Positions 1-9,315 of a DNA stretch of 64,000 bases are shown piece by piece. The stretch spans positions 2,464,001 through 2,528,000 of the forward strand of contig OZ243974.1 of NCBI GenBank assembly GCA_965214775.1, read 5' to 3'. Each line of letters opens with the position of its first letter. The stretch's first letter is position 1. The notes below the pieces were generated by a model that was not told the DNA's origin, searched no databases, and was given only the letters and a program-made list of their open reading frames with translations. Position numbers and translations under genes: made by a program. Origin of the DNA: Nitrosopumilus sp. (GTDB lineage Archaea; Thermoproteota; Nitrososphaeria; Nitrososphaerales; Nitrosopumilaceae).

Positions 1-358
1 ACGGCTCCCTCCATGCAGCTACCAGGCAGTACGACTGGGCGCCCTCATCCTTTGCCTTTTGCGCCTTTTTTACGACTTGCTCGGGCTGCGGCAGCTGGTA
101 TGTCTCAATACCCGTATCAAAAAACGCAGACTGTCCGCAAAACGTACAGTCCTCGCTGCATGCGTTTTTCTTGATGTTGTTTAGCTGCTCGACGTCTACT
201 ATGTTCCCGTTAAAACCCCGGGTTATCTCATTGGCACATGCTGCCAGATCCCTGAGATCGTCTTCATTGGTGTTTAGCAGCCTTTCGGCTTCATCGGCAT
301 TGATCCCGATTCCGGAGAAAACCTTTTCCTGACATTCCCTGATAAACCCCAAACTCAA
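1..358 (-). CDS. bioB: Biotin synthase (radical SAM), 5' part; runs off the window edge
   Basis: Manual minus-strand translation from TTG at 358 gives ...NNIKKNACSEDCTFCGQSAFF...SYCLVAAWREP (CxxxCxxC motif); lies next to bioA/bioD. Confidence 0.9.
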   Translation of the reverse strand, partial: MSLGFIRECQEKVFSGIGINADEAERLLNTNEDDLRDLAACANEITRGFNGNIVDVEQLNNIKKNACSEDCTFCGQSAFFDTGIETYQLPQPEQVVKKAQKAKDEGAQSYCLVAAWREP

Positions 359-438
359 TGAATTGTTTCAAAGCGATCCATTAATAAAATAATTGGAAGG
401 GCCGTCGCAAAACCGTTGGCATGACATGGGGCCGTCGC

Positions 439-1761
439 TCAGACTGCCTGATTTTTTGCAGATTTTATGGTGTTGATGGCCCTCTGAATCAGGGAGTCTA
501 GTTCCTGCTCTGTTATGGATAACGGGGGTACCAGCATGACTATGTTGCCTAGGGTTCTCAGGTAGATTCCGTTCTTCCTGCCTTCCTCAAAGAAGATTCT
601 GTTTATTGATCTTTTGGGAGAAATCGGGATCTTTTTCTTTTGGTCCTGCACCAGTTCGATTCCCATAAGCATGCCCTTGTGCCTGACGTCTCCCACATAA
701 TCAATCCCGGAGATCTCCTCAAAGTATTTCTCAAAGACCCGTGATGTCTTTTGGACTTTTTTTATCAGGTTGTATTTCTTGTACATCTTCAGGTTCTCGT
801 TTGCAGCTGCTGCAGCAAGGGGGTTTCCGGTGTATGTGTGCCCGTGAAAGAGGTGCCTCTGCTCGCCGAATTCCCCCAGAAAAGAGTCATAGATTTTTTT
901 GCTTGACAGGGTTGCTGCCATTGTAAGGTATCCGCCTGTCAGCATCTTGCCGTATGCCACGATGTCTGGCGTGCTTTTTTGCTCCTCGTATTGGAACATG
1001 GAGCCCAGCCTTCCAAAACCTGTCGCAACCTCGTCTAAAACAAGCAGCACGCCGTATTTCTTGCACAGCCGGCCTATTTTTTCCTGAAAGCCCTCTGGAT
1101 ATATGACGACTCCTCCTGCAACCTGTGCGCCGCTCTCCATCACAAATGCAGCAACGTTGCCTTTTTTTGCAAACCTTTTTTCGATTTTCTCCAGGCAACT
1201 GCCTTGGTGCTCTTCTATTGACACGCCCTTGGGCAACCTGTATCTGTTGGGGGCTGGAAACCGGATGGTTGGAAATAACTGCCTTTTGAATTTGCCAAAA
1301 AATTCCGGAACGTACCCCACCGACATTGCCCCAAACGTGTCCCCGTGATATCCGTTTTCCAGTGCTGCGATCCCCGTTTTCCCCTTCTCTCCTGCATTCT
1401 TCCAGTACTGTAATGCAAGCTTGACTGCAATCTCCATTGCAGATGAGCCGTTGTCTGAAAAAAATACCCTGTGCATTCCAGGAGAAATCCGAACAAGCGA
1501 TTTTGCCAGCTTTTCTGCAGGCTCGTTTGTCAGGTTGAACATCGACGTATGTTGGGACATCCTGCTCTGATTTATGATTGCCCTGACTAGCTGTGCATTG
1601 GAATGGCCCCACACGTTGCACCACATCGATGCAACTGCATCAATCATTTTGTTGCCCCTGGAATCTGTCAGCCACACCCCTTTTGCCTTGGAAATCCTGC
1701 TAAATTCCTGCCATTCCTTCATCTGGGTGTTGGGGTGCCATACACAACTGGAGTCTTTCAA
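439..1761 (-). CDS. bioA: Adenosylmethionine-8-amino-7-oxononanoate aminotransferase
   Basis: VWHPNTQM, DAVASMWCNVWGH, GYHGDTFG, DEVATGFGR, GKMLTGGY, HGHTYTGNP class III aminotransferase motifs; bio cluster context. Confidence 0.95.
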   Translation of the reverse strand: MKDSSCVWHPNTQMKEWQEFSRISKAKGVWLTDSRGNKMIDAVASMWCNVWGHSNAQLVRAIINQSRMSQHTSMFNLTNEPAEKLAKSLVRISPGMHRVFFSDNGSSAMEIAVKLALQYWKNAGEKGKTGIAALENGYHGDTFGAMSVGYVPEFFGKFKRQLFPTIRFPAPNRYRLPKGVSIEEHQGSCLEKIEKRFAKKGNVAAFVMESGAQVAGGVVIYPEGFQEKIGRLCKKYGVLLVLDEVATGFGRLGSMFQYEEQKSTPDIVAYGKMLTGGYLTMAATLSSKKIYDSFLGEFGEQRHLFHGHTYTGNPLAAAAANENLKMYKKYNLIKKVQKTSRVFEKYFEEISGIDYVGDVRHKGMLMGIELVQDQKKKIPISPKRSINRIFFEEGRKNGIYLRTLGNIVMLVPPLSITEQELDSLIQRAINTIKSAKNQAV

Positions 1762-1835
1762 CTAGCTTGGTGAATCCGACTCTTCTTAAAAATTCAACGA
1801 TAAAGTTAAACAAGCATGACTCCTCAGAGAGTCTG

Positions 1836-2525
1836 TTGAAATCCCTTTTTGTAACCGGCACTGACACTGATGTGGGAAAGACGTATGTTGCAGCAGGTCT
1901 GGCAGTTGCCCTGCGCAAATCCGGCATCGATGTGGGCGTCATGAAGCCCTTTGCGGCAGGAACCGCCCAGAAAAAAGGCTTCAAATCCGAAGACGCCGAG
2001 GTTTTGGCACGCGCCTCTCAAACAAGTGATCCCGAACCCCTTGTAAACCCGCAGTTTTTCCCGGTTCCAGCCTCCCCATACACGGCATGGAAGAACCTGA
2101 AGACAAGGCCCAAAGTCGGCTCAGTTTTGTCAGCATATGAAAAACTTTCAAAACTGCATTCCATGCTGCTGGTGGAGGGCATGGGCGGCATCATGACTCC
2201 GATTCTAAAGAATTATTTTGTCGCCGACCTGATCAAGGACATGAACATTCCCGCGATTCTTGTTGCCGGGACCAGGGTCGGAACCATAAATCATGCGGTA
2301 ATGACTGCCCAAATGTGCCAAAAATACAAGATACCCGCCAAAGGCATCATCATAAACGACTTTGATTCAGGCGGATACAAGGCAAAAGAGCTTGCACGCG
2401 ACCTCAAGAGCCTTACAGGCATGCCTGTTTTGGGCTCCATTCCGTTTATCAGGGACATGGGCGACTCTTCCCTGTACAGGATCTTTAGGAAAAACCTAGA
2501 CATGGGACCGATTTTAAGGCAGTGA
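1836..2525 (+). CDS. bioD: Dethiobiotin synthase
   Basis: FVTGTDTDVGKT P-loop, MKP, VEGMGG, GTINH; start placed at TTG 1836, about 25 nt after TTAAA (ORF track begins at 1767). Confidence 0.93.
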   Translation: MKSLFVTGTDTDVGKTYVAAGLAVALRKSGIDVGVMKPFAAGTAQKKGFKSEDAEVLARASQTSDPEPLVNPQFFPVPASPYTAWKNLKTRPKVGSVLSAYEKLSKLHSMLLVEGMGGIMTPILKNYFVADLIKDMNIPAILVAGTRVGTINHAVMTAQMCQKYKIPAKGIIINDFDSGGYKAKELARDLKSLTGMPVLGSIPFIRDMGDSSLYRIFRKNLDMGPILRQ

Positions 2526-2529
2526 TCAA

Positions 2530-3807
2530 ATGGCATTCAAAGACTATCTTCTCCGAAATCTCTGGCTTCAAGTCGTTCTCTCCCTGATTGTGGGGCTTGG
2601 CGTCGGACTGGCCCTTGGGGATGAGGTCGGCATTGATCTGGATGACAACACGCTAGATGCGATGACGTCATACCTCAAAATTCCTGCCAACATATTTCTG
2701 AGTGTGATCATGATGATCATAGTCCCGTTAATCTTTGCATCCATCGTGGTTGCAATAACCAATTTGGGCGCAAAGGAAAAGTTAAAGACGCTTGGATTGG
2801 GAATCGGCGTTTATTTTGTCCTCACTACAACTGTTGCAATACTGATTTCAGTATCTCTTGCATCAGTAATAGCTCCTGGAAGCATTCTGGATCTTACTGC
2901 GCTCCAAGAAACGCACGACCTTTCTGAGGCTGATCTGAAGGTTACAGAGGGCTTTTCACTGGATGATATTCCAAATGCAGTCTCTGAGATTATTCCAAGA
3001 AATCCGATTGCCTCCTATCTTGAGGGGCAGATGCTCAGCATCCTGATAATGGCCGTAATTGTGGGCCTGTCGATGACTGCGCTGCCAAAGGAGTCTGTCA
3101 AGCCGTTGCTGGATCTGCTAGAATCCGTTCAAAAGATTACGCTGTACATCCTGCTTATGGCCATGAAGATCGTGCCCTTTGCCGTTTTTGGTCTGATAGT
3201 CGGAATGGTGGCCAAAGTGGGCGTAGAGACCATGGGCGGGCTGGGAGTCTACATGGGTACGGTGATTCTGGGTCTGGGTGCAATGCTGGGAGTCTACATG
3301 CTGATTCTGAGGCTGGTGGCAAAAAGATCGGTCTCCTCGACATTTTCAAAATTCCGCAATCCGCAGACCCTGGCATTCTCTACGGCAAGCTCCATGGCAA
3401 CCATGCCCGTGACGCTCAAGACTGCCGAGGAGGATCTCAAAGTAGACAGGCGCATATCAAAATTTGTAATTCCAATCGGGACGACTGTAAACATGGACGG
3501 CACTGCCTTGTACCAGGTAATCGCGGTATTCTTTCTGGCACAGCTCTTTGCAATTGAGCTGAGTCTTGTCTCTGTTCTGGTGATTATCATTACGTCTCTT
3601 CTGGCATCCATTGGGACCCCTGCCGTGCCCGGGGCCGGCGTGATCGTGCTGTCTACGATTCTAATTACAGTTGGAATTCCCCCCGTCGGCATCCTGTTGC
3701 TGATTTCTGTGGACAGGATCTTGGATATGATAAGAACAATGGTAAATGTTACGGGGGATCTTACGGCAACATGCGTGTTTGACAAGTTTGCCGGAGAGAA
3801 AAGCTGA
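2530..3807 (+). CDS. Dicarboxylate/amino acid:cation symporter (DAACS/GltP family)
   Basis: AFSTASSMAT, GTTVNMDGTALY and DRILDMIRTMVNVTGD motifs; multiple TM segments. Confidence 0.92.
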   Translation: MAFKDYLLRNLWLQVVLSLIVGLGVGLALGDEVGIDLDDNTLDAMTSYLKIPANIFLSVIMMIIVPLIFASIVVAITNLGAKEKLKTLGLGIGVYFVLTTTVAILISVSLASVIAPGSILDLTALQETHDLSEADLKVTEGFSLDDIPNAVSEIIPRNPIASYLEGQMLSILIMAVIVGLSMTALPKESVKPLLDLLESVQKITLYILLMAMKIVPFAVFGLIVGMVAKVGVETMGGLGVYMGTVILGLGAMLGVYMLILRLVAKRSVSSTFSKFRNPQTLAFSTASSMATMPVTLKTAEEDLKVDRRISKFVIPIGTTVNMDGTALYQVIAVFFLAQLFAIELSLVSVLVIIITSLLASIGTPAVPGAGVIVLSTILITVGIPPVGILLLISVDRILDMIRTMVNVTGDLTATCVFDKFAGEKS

Positions 3808-3818
3808 TGGCTTTGTTT

Positions 3819-4373
3819 TTAGATTTTCAAAATTTTGAATTTGCCGCCTCCTGTGACGCTGATGAACTGAGAAATCTCGAAAATTATTCTTGAAAAGGTG
3901 TTATTCTGTTTTTCAAGCACGAATGATCTTCTGTCTGTCTCCATTCTTTCTGACAGTACCAGCCAGACGTTTGTTTTTTCAGGCTGGATCTTATCCAATA
4001 CGGCAAGTTTTCTGCCGATGACCTCTTGGTTTGACGACTTTGGTATGCAGACTATTAATGATTTTTTTGCGTCTTTTTCCAGTGTTCTGATGTCTGGAAT
4101 TACGATGTCTATCTCGTGTCCCTGGTACCTTGTCTTTCTCTGACTGGAAATCAACGAATTTGTAAGCAGATAATGCAGCAATCCTGTTGCAAGCACTCCC
4201 ACTGCCTCGTCCTTTTCCCCCATGGCAAGAATTTCATCATAACAGTTCTCAGTTACGTCTTTGATCACGGCATCAAATCTCTTTTCAGAGACCAGTTGCG
4301 GGATTGTCTCTGATTTTTTTATGTATTCAAACAGGTGATCCCCGACGGAATCTGCCACATCTCTGTCCATCAT
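3819..4373 (-). CDS. Conserved hypothetical protein
   Basis: 184-aa ORF overlapping the HMG-CoA synthase stop; backbone-like composition. Confidence 0.7.
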   Translation of the reverse strand: MMDRDVADSVGDHLFEYIKKSETIPQLVSEKRFDAVIKDVTENCYDEILAMGEKDEAVGVLATGLLHYLLTNSLISSQRKTRYQGHEIDIVIPDIRTLEKDAKKSLIVCIPKSSNQEVIGRKLAVLDKIQPEKTNVWLVLSERMETDRRSFVLEKQNNTFSRIIFEISQFISVTGGGKFKILKI

Positions 4374-5764
4374 TCATTAAAGACATAGCGTCTTTCGCCT
4401 CTGGACTCTGCGTCTGTTTTGACGTGTACCAGTGTAAATTCCTTTGCTGGCTGCAGCATTGATTCGTTTGGAGACAGTTTGTTTTCGTGTAATTTCTCAT
4501 ATTCTTCCCATGTGAGTTTCCGTCTTTTGCCAATCTCCGCTTCCAGATTCATGTTCCTTACAATGTCCCTGTATTTTGGCCGGATAATTCCGCTAAATAC
4601 CATTGCACTGCTTCCGCTGCCATATGATCCGAACCCTACTCTTTTTCCCTCCAAATCGATTCCTTTTTGGAATTCAAACTCCAAACTGCTTCTGAATCCA
4701 AGGTAAAGCGATGCGGTGTACAGGTTTCCAATCATGCTTGATGCGACAAGCGAGCTGGCCATCTTTGACTCATACACTTCTTGATATTCCGGTGTCTTGG
4801 TAAACAGCTTTGTAAATTCATGATCCTGTGCCATGAACTCTTCGTCTCCTAGTACCGATTCTATGGTCCCCCTAGGATCTTTTGGTACCGGCTCTTCCAT
4901 TCCTATCTCTTGCAGAACCCTCTTCCATCTTGGAAGCTGCCTCCACTCATGCCTTACCAAGTATGCCAGTGCCTTCTTTCCCATGTTGCTGTATGGCAGG
5001 TGCATGTTGATATAGTCCATGTGATCAAGAATTGTCTCTCCTGGCTCTATCTTGATTAGTCCTGTGGAGATTACTTGTCTCTTGTATGCCTCCAGCGCTT
5101 TTCTGACTTGAATCATGTATAGCAAATTGGAGTACTGGCCATGTACAATCGGCGTTTCTTTTCCAAACGGCCTGTAAAAGTCATACTCGTCTTTAATTGA
5201 CGTGGATGTCACTTTGGGATCAAATGCCAGCAACCGGGGGTCGTCATTTAAAAGCATCACCACTGCCCCTGCCCCCTGCGTCATCTCGCCACTGGAGCCC
5301 AGGTCATATTTTGCAATGTCTGAGACTACGACAAGGGCGTACTTGCCCTCGGCCTCTCCTGCCCTGATCCAGTTGGTGTTGTCGTATAATGCGTAAGAGC
5401 CGCTGACACAGGCAAACTTTGTCTCGATTCCGCCGCAGTGCTCAAAGGCGCCCTGACCGTATACCTGCTCCAGCATTCCGACAACATACGAGTTCATAGC
5501 TTTTGACTCGTCAAACGACGATTCTGTTGAAACGTACAGTCTTCCGATATCTTCTGGCGACAGCTTGTTTTTCTGCATAATCTTCAGGCATGCATTTGCA
5601 GCAAGGATTGCCGGGTCCTGATTTGCATCAACTATTGCCATTTGGGAGACGCCAAGGCCCTTTTGCAATTTTACCGGATCCAATCCCCTTGCCGCTGCAA
5701 AATCCGTAGCATCTACATATAATCTGGGAATGTCTATTGCAATATCGTCGATTCCGGCTGCCAT
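4370..5764 (-). CDS. Hydroxymethylglutaryl-CoA synthase
   Basis: ESSFDESK, KFACVSG (catalytic Cys), DIAKY, GEMTQGAGA, DFYRP, HLPY, GNLYTASLY, SYGSG. Confidence 0.93.
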   Translation of the reverse strand: MAAGIDDIAIDIPRLYVDATDFAAARGLDPVKLQKGLGVSQMAIVDANQDPAILAANACLKIMQKNKLSPEDIGRLYVSTESSFDESKAMNSYVVGMLEQVYGQGAFEHCGGIETKFACVSGSYALYDNTNWIRAGEAEGKYALVVVSDIAKYDLGSSGEMTQGAGAVVMLLNDDPRLLAFDPKVTSTSIKDEYDFYRPFGKETPIVHGQYSNLLYMIQVRKALEAYKRQVISTGLIKIEPGETILDHMDYINMHLPYSNMGKKALAYLVRHEWRQLPRWKRVLQEIGMEEPVPKDPRGTIESVLGDEEFMAQDHEFTKLFTKTPEYQEVYESKMASSLVASSMIGNLYTASLYLGFRSSLEFEFQKGIDLEGKRVGFGSYGSGSSAMVFSGIIRPKYRDIVRNMNLEAEIGKRRKLTWEEYEKLHENKLSPNESMLQPAKEFTLVHVKTDAESRGERRYVFNE

Positions 5765-5866
5765 AAGCCTGCTTCCGGGGTTTTGCTAATAAGGATTGTG
5801 TGTCAATTTCTGTCAGATCCGGGGGAAATTTTTATGATTTTTTGTGCTGTTTTCGGCAAATGATCG

Positions 5867-6580
5867 CTAATTTTTTGATTTTTTGAGTTCACTTTCAAAA
5901 GTTTTTACAAATACCTCGTATGGCTGTGCGCCCACCAGTCTTGTAATGCTGCCGTCAGGGCCAATTACAAAGAATGCAGGCGTGCCTCCTAATTCCAGAC
6001 TCTTGGCATCCTTGTTGCTTGCAAGAATGGTCTGTGAATGAGTGCCTCTTGCCATGCATTCGGACCATTGTTCGACGTCCAATCCTGTCTCTTGGGCAAA
6101 TCTGAGTTGGTTTTCTGATGATGCCCATCCGTTATTTTCTCCGGTCCAGTTTGAGTACAAGGCGTCGTGATATTCCCAAAACAGCCCCTGATCACTTGCA
6201 CAGTGGGCTCCGTGGGAGGAAGTAACCGAATCGGGGCCAATTATGTTGTAATCCTTGAAGATCATCTTGACTTTTCCAGTGTCTACGTAATTTCTAATGA
6301 TTGATTCCTCTGTTGAATGGAAAAAGACGTTACAAAAATGACATTGATAATCTCCAAATTCAACTAGTGTGACTGGCGCATCTGATTTTCCGAGAACAGG
6401 CGAGCCGTTATCCAAAAATGTCATCATGGTGATTTTTGGCAGTCCTGGCTCTTTGATGGATGCAGAAGGTTCCATTTGAAGTTCCTCTTCGTTTGAAATA
6501 TGATCAAGTCCTAGAAAAACTGCAACCAACACAACAGCGGAAATTCCTGCACCGATGGCAACTGATGGCCCGTGAATCAA
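5867..6580 (-). CDS. DsbA-family thiol-disulfide oxidoreductase, membrane anchored
   Basis: EFGDYQCHFC (CxxC), GTPAFF cis-Pro loop, N-terminal hydrophobic segment. Confidence 0.9.
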   Translation of the reverse strand: MIHGPSVAIGAGISAVVLVAVFLGLDHISNEEELQMEPSASIKEPGLPKITMMTFLDNGSPVLGKSDAPVTLVEFGDYQCHFCNVFFHSTEESIIRNYVDTGKVKMIFKDYNIIGPDSVTSSHGAHCASDQGLFWEYHDALYSNWTGENNGWASSENQLRFAQETGLDVEQWSECMARGTHSQTILASNKDAKSLELGGTPAFFVIGPDGSITRLVGAQPYEVFVKTFESELKKSKN

Positions 6581-7060
6581 TGGTTTTCATGTTGCTTTCA
6601 GACATTTAGTCCTTTACAGGAGCAGCTCTGACTCTTAGACTTTATTCGTAATCGCCCGGATCGAAATATCATGTTTACAAGCTGATCATGCATCAGGCTG
6701 GCAGGCAGCGCCTCGCATTGTCCAAAATATTTGATCAAAACTGCAACTATTTTCAGTCGGTTGATTTAGATCCGGGATCCATCCTCGAACAGGAGTGATG
6801 GCAAAATCCGAGACCGTGCTCATACGGCAACTGAGGAAAGAGAATGAGCAGTACAGGCAAAGGCACAGGCAGGAGAAGATTCAGTACAAGAGGGAGGCCA
6901 GGCAGCAAGGGAGGGAGAGTGCACAGTACAAGCAAATGTACGAGCAGGTCTAGGACAAGATAGGGCAGTTAAACCAGAGGCTGGACTTTGAGCGCGGGTT
7001 CTGGCCTGTAACATGGAATGACAAAAGGCGTACCGCAGAGAACGCCGTGTTCATGCACAG

Positions 7061-8227
7061 AGAGTTGATTCGAAATTAGCAAATTTTGATCAAACAGACA
7101 CATAATGTACACCAACCCGATCCAAATACCAGTAAAATGTACAATTCATGAAGTTATTTGATAAATTGTCAAAAAAACCCCCGGACATTCAAGAAGATGT
7201 TTGCCGGCATGACTGCCCCCGAATTTGATTTGTTGTATGCAAAGGTGGCAAAAAAAAAACACCCAAAGATGGACAGAAAGAGGCTGATTTCTGCCAAAAA
7301 AGGCCGCAATCGTGACATCGGTGCAGGACGCCCGACTGCCCTCAGCCTAAAGGAGAGTCTTCTGCTGTCCCTGTTCTACTACAGGACGTACGTCACGCAG
7401 GACGTGGCATCTGCCATGTTCGGAATAGGACAGGCATCAGTCTCGCGCTCGATAGACAGGATTGCGCTGGTTCTCAAAAAGTGTCTGCTCATCCCCGAAA
7501 AGATCTATTCGGGCACCAAGAAAATCTCTTCAGCAGAGGAACTAATGGACGTATTACCGGAACTTGTCTGCCTGACAGATGCCTCAGAACAAAAGATATG
7601 CAGGCCCAAGAGAAAGGACATGGAGAAATCGCACTATTCAGGCAAGGCAGGCACGCACACAGTCAAGGTCCGGTATATCACCAACATCCACGGACTTGGT
7701 ACACAAGACACGCCCCACTCTCCGGGACGCGTAAACGACATCACGATATACCAGATGAGGCATCCCACGTTCCGGTACGACCAAAGAAAGGAGAAAGAGA
7801 AAGAGAAAAAGTGTCCCGGCGGCAGCGGGGATGGTGATGCGCCGCAGCAACAACAAAAGAGCACAAAGCTGCGGCACTACATGGATCGTGGATACCAGGG
7901 AGCACAGTCAGTGGATGCAGACACTGAAGTCATACTCCCTATCAAGAAAAAACCGGGCGGCAAGCTCACCGATGTGCAAAAAGAGTACAATATCACGCAC
8001 TCAAAGATACGCGTGTACGTGGAGAACGCCATACGCAGGGTCAAAACATACAGGATCATGGGCGACCGGTACCGAAACCCACTCAAAAAGTACGATCTTG
8101 CCAACAGTATCATGTGCGGACTGGTCAACGATAGGGCGCCGGCCAGAATCGCTGCTGCGGCCTAATGAGTGGCGGCAGCAGAACGGCTGCAGACGGGGCG
8201 CTCAATTTCTAATTTCGGATCACCTCT
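7061..8227 (+). mobile_element. IS5-superfamily (ISL2/DDE_Tnp_4-like) insertion sequence, copy 1
   Basis: Imperfect TIRs AGAGTTGATTCGAAATTAG (7061) / CTAATTTCGGATCACCTCT (to 8227); CAG on both flanks (7058-7060, 8228-8230). Confidence 0.85.
7158..8165 (+). CDS. DDE transposase (5' end possibly frameshifted in an A/C run near 7170)
   Basis: N-terminal HTH, DASEQ, YSGK..HTVK, MDRGYQG, RVYVENAIRRVKTYRI. Confidence 0.85.
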   Translation: MINCQKNPRTFKKMFAGMTAPEFDLLYAKVAKKKHPKMDRKRLISAKKGRNRDIGAGRPTALSLKESLLLSLFYYRTYVTQDVASAMFGIGQASVSRSIDRIALVLKKCLLIPEKIYSGTKKISSAEELMDVLPELVCLTDASEQKICRPKRKDMEKSHYSGKAGTHTVKVRYITNIHGLGTQDTPHSPGRVNDITIYQMRHPTFRYDQRKEKEKEKKCPGGSGDGDAPQQQQKSTKLRHYMDRGYQGAQSVDADTEVILPIKKKPGGKLTDVQKEYNITHSKIRVYVENAIRRVKTYRIMGDRYRNPLKKYDLANSIMCGLVNDRAPARIAAAA

Positions 8228-8295
8228 CAGGGCACCAGTTGAAGTTTCATAGAACGGAATGTGTTTTTCAGGATCGCACCGTTTTTTGCAGTGCG

Positions 8296-8481
8296 TTACT
8301 TTTCCCCGGCAGTCACAACTATGCTCCTGTTCTTTATTAGAAACTTTAGGCCGTTCGGATCACCCAAGATCTCAAGTATGGGTTTTGGCACGCGACAGGT
8401 CATGCTCTGTGAGCCGTCACGGTTGTTGTTTGCGCTCAAGCTCACATGAAACTCCTTGGCATCTTTCTTCCAGCGCGTCAC
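8296..8481 (-). CDS. Small AbrB/swapped-hairpin-like DNA-binding protein (61 aa)
   Basis: From GTG 8481: VTRWKKDAKEFHVSL...SMTCRVPKPILEILGDPNGLKFLIKNRSIVV; TTTATAAA about 25 nt upstream. Confidence 0.6.
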   Translation of the reverse strand: MTRWKKDAKEFHVSLSANNNRDGSQSMTCRVPKPILEILGDPNGLKFLIKNRSIVVTAGEK

Positions 8482-8568
8482 GCATCTATGATGGCACGGC
8501 GTTTTTATAAATCTTAACATGACGGTTAATGACAAGCAATAAATGACCATCATGTTAATGATACGTGT

Positions 8569-8654
8569 GGCAGGATTGCTTAGCAAGGTTAAAGCGACAG
8601 ATTCAGGATCTGTATCTCTCGCCGAGATCGTGGGTTCAAGTCCCACTCCTGCCG
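8569..8654 (+). tRNA. tRNA with CAG anticodon (nominally Leu), long variable arm, G discriminator
   Basis: Acceptor GGCAGGA/TCCTGCC, D-stem GCT/AGC, anticodon arm ACAGA-TTCAGGA-TCTGT, T-arm GTGGG-TTCAAGT-CCCAC. Confidence 0.85.
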
Positions 8655-8718
8655 CTATTCTTGGTTGTCTTGGTTCAATATTAACTGTTAGTGGGGGATT
8701 CACGTAAGAGTTTACCCC

Positions 8719-9241
8719 TCAGGCGACGTTTCCAGTCAGGGTCTTGGCGACCATCTCACTCACGTTGCAACCTTGGGCGCGCCAGTTCATCGTGCATGTC
8801 ATCAGTACGGTGAACATCTCCATGCCCTCCATGGTACGGAGTCTCTGGAATATCTTGCGCGCAATTACGGACGGCCTCAGTATGCGCTCGGCTAGATTGT
8901 TGGTGGGCTCCATGCCCGGATACAGCACGAACGTGTACAGGTATTCTGAGGCATTCTCAAGCTTTGTGGCAAATTTTTTGCAACCTGCCTCCCTGAATGC
9001 TACGGCCAGCGCGCGTGTCTCGACTACCAGCATGTCGTGTTGTTGCTGCCTGACACCGTTCTTCTTCTCCTCCGGTGGTGGTGGCCCCAGCCCCTTGGCA
9101 AAAAGAAATTTTTTCTTGAGGGCATCATACAGTTCGTGGGCCTGCCGGGAAGTCTTGCCGGCGTCCTTGGCCTCCCGGAGTATGTGTGCCCAGCACCACT
9201 GCCTGATCTTGAATACGACATATACGCCGTACCCATCAACT
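8719..9241 (-). pseudogene. IS66 transposase, C-terminal half
   Basis: TVDGYGVY..QWCWAHILRE...EPTNNLAERILRPSVIARKI IS66 motifs. Confidence 0.88.
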
Positions 9242-9315
9242 GTGTCAGGTTTATCACTCCCAGGCAGCAGAACCCCCCTTAAATCAGAGCCGTTCATTGC
9301 AGGGGGGGAAGGACA

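Noticed and set aside
8620-8657. tRNA 3' end as the att site of the integrase element
   Set aside because: No duplicate of the tRNA 3' end was found by eye; the element boundaries are explained by the IS66 junctions.
8567-8657. Selenocysteine tRNA (TCA reading, extended acceptor stem)
   Set aside because: The anticodon stem register places CAG at 34-36, and the T-stem is a normal 5 bp.
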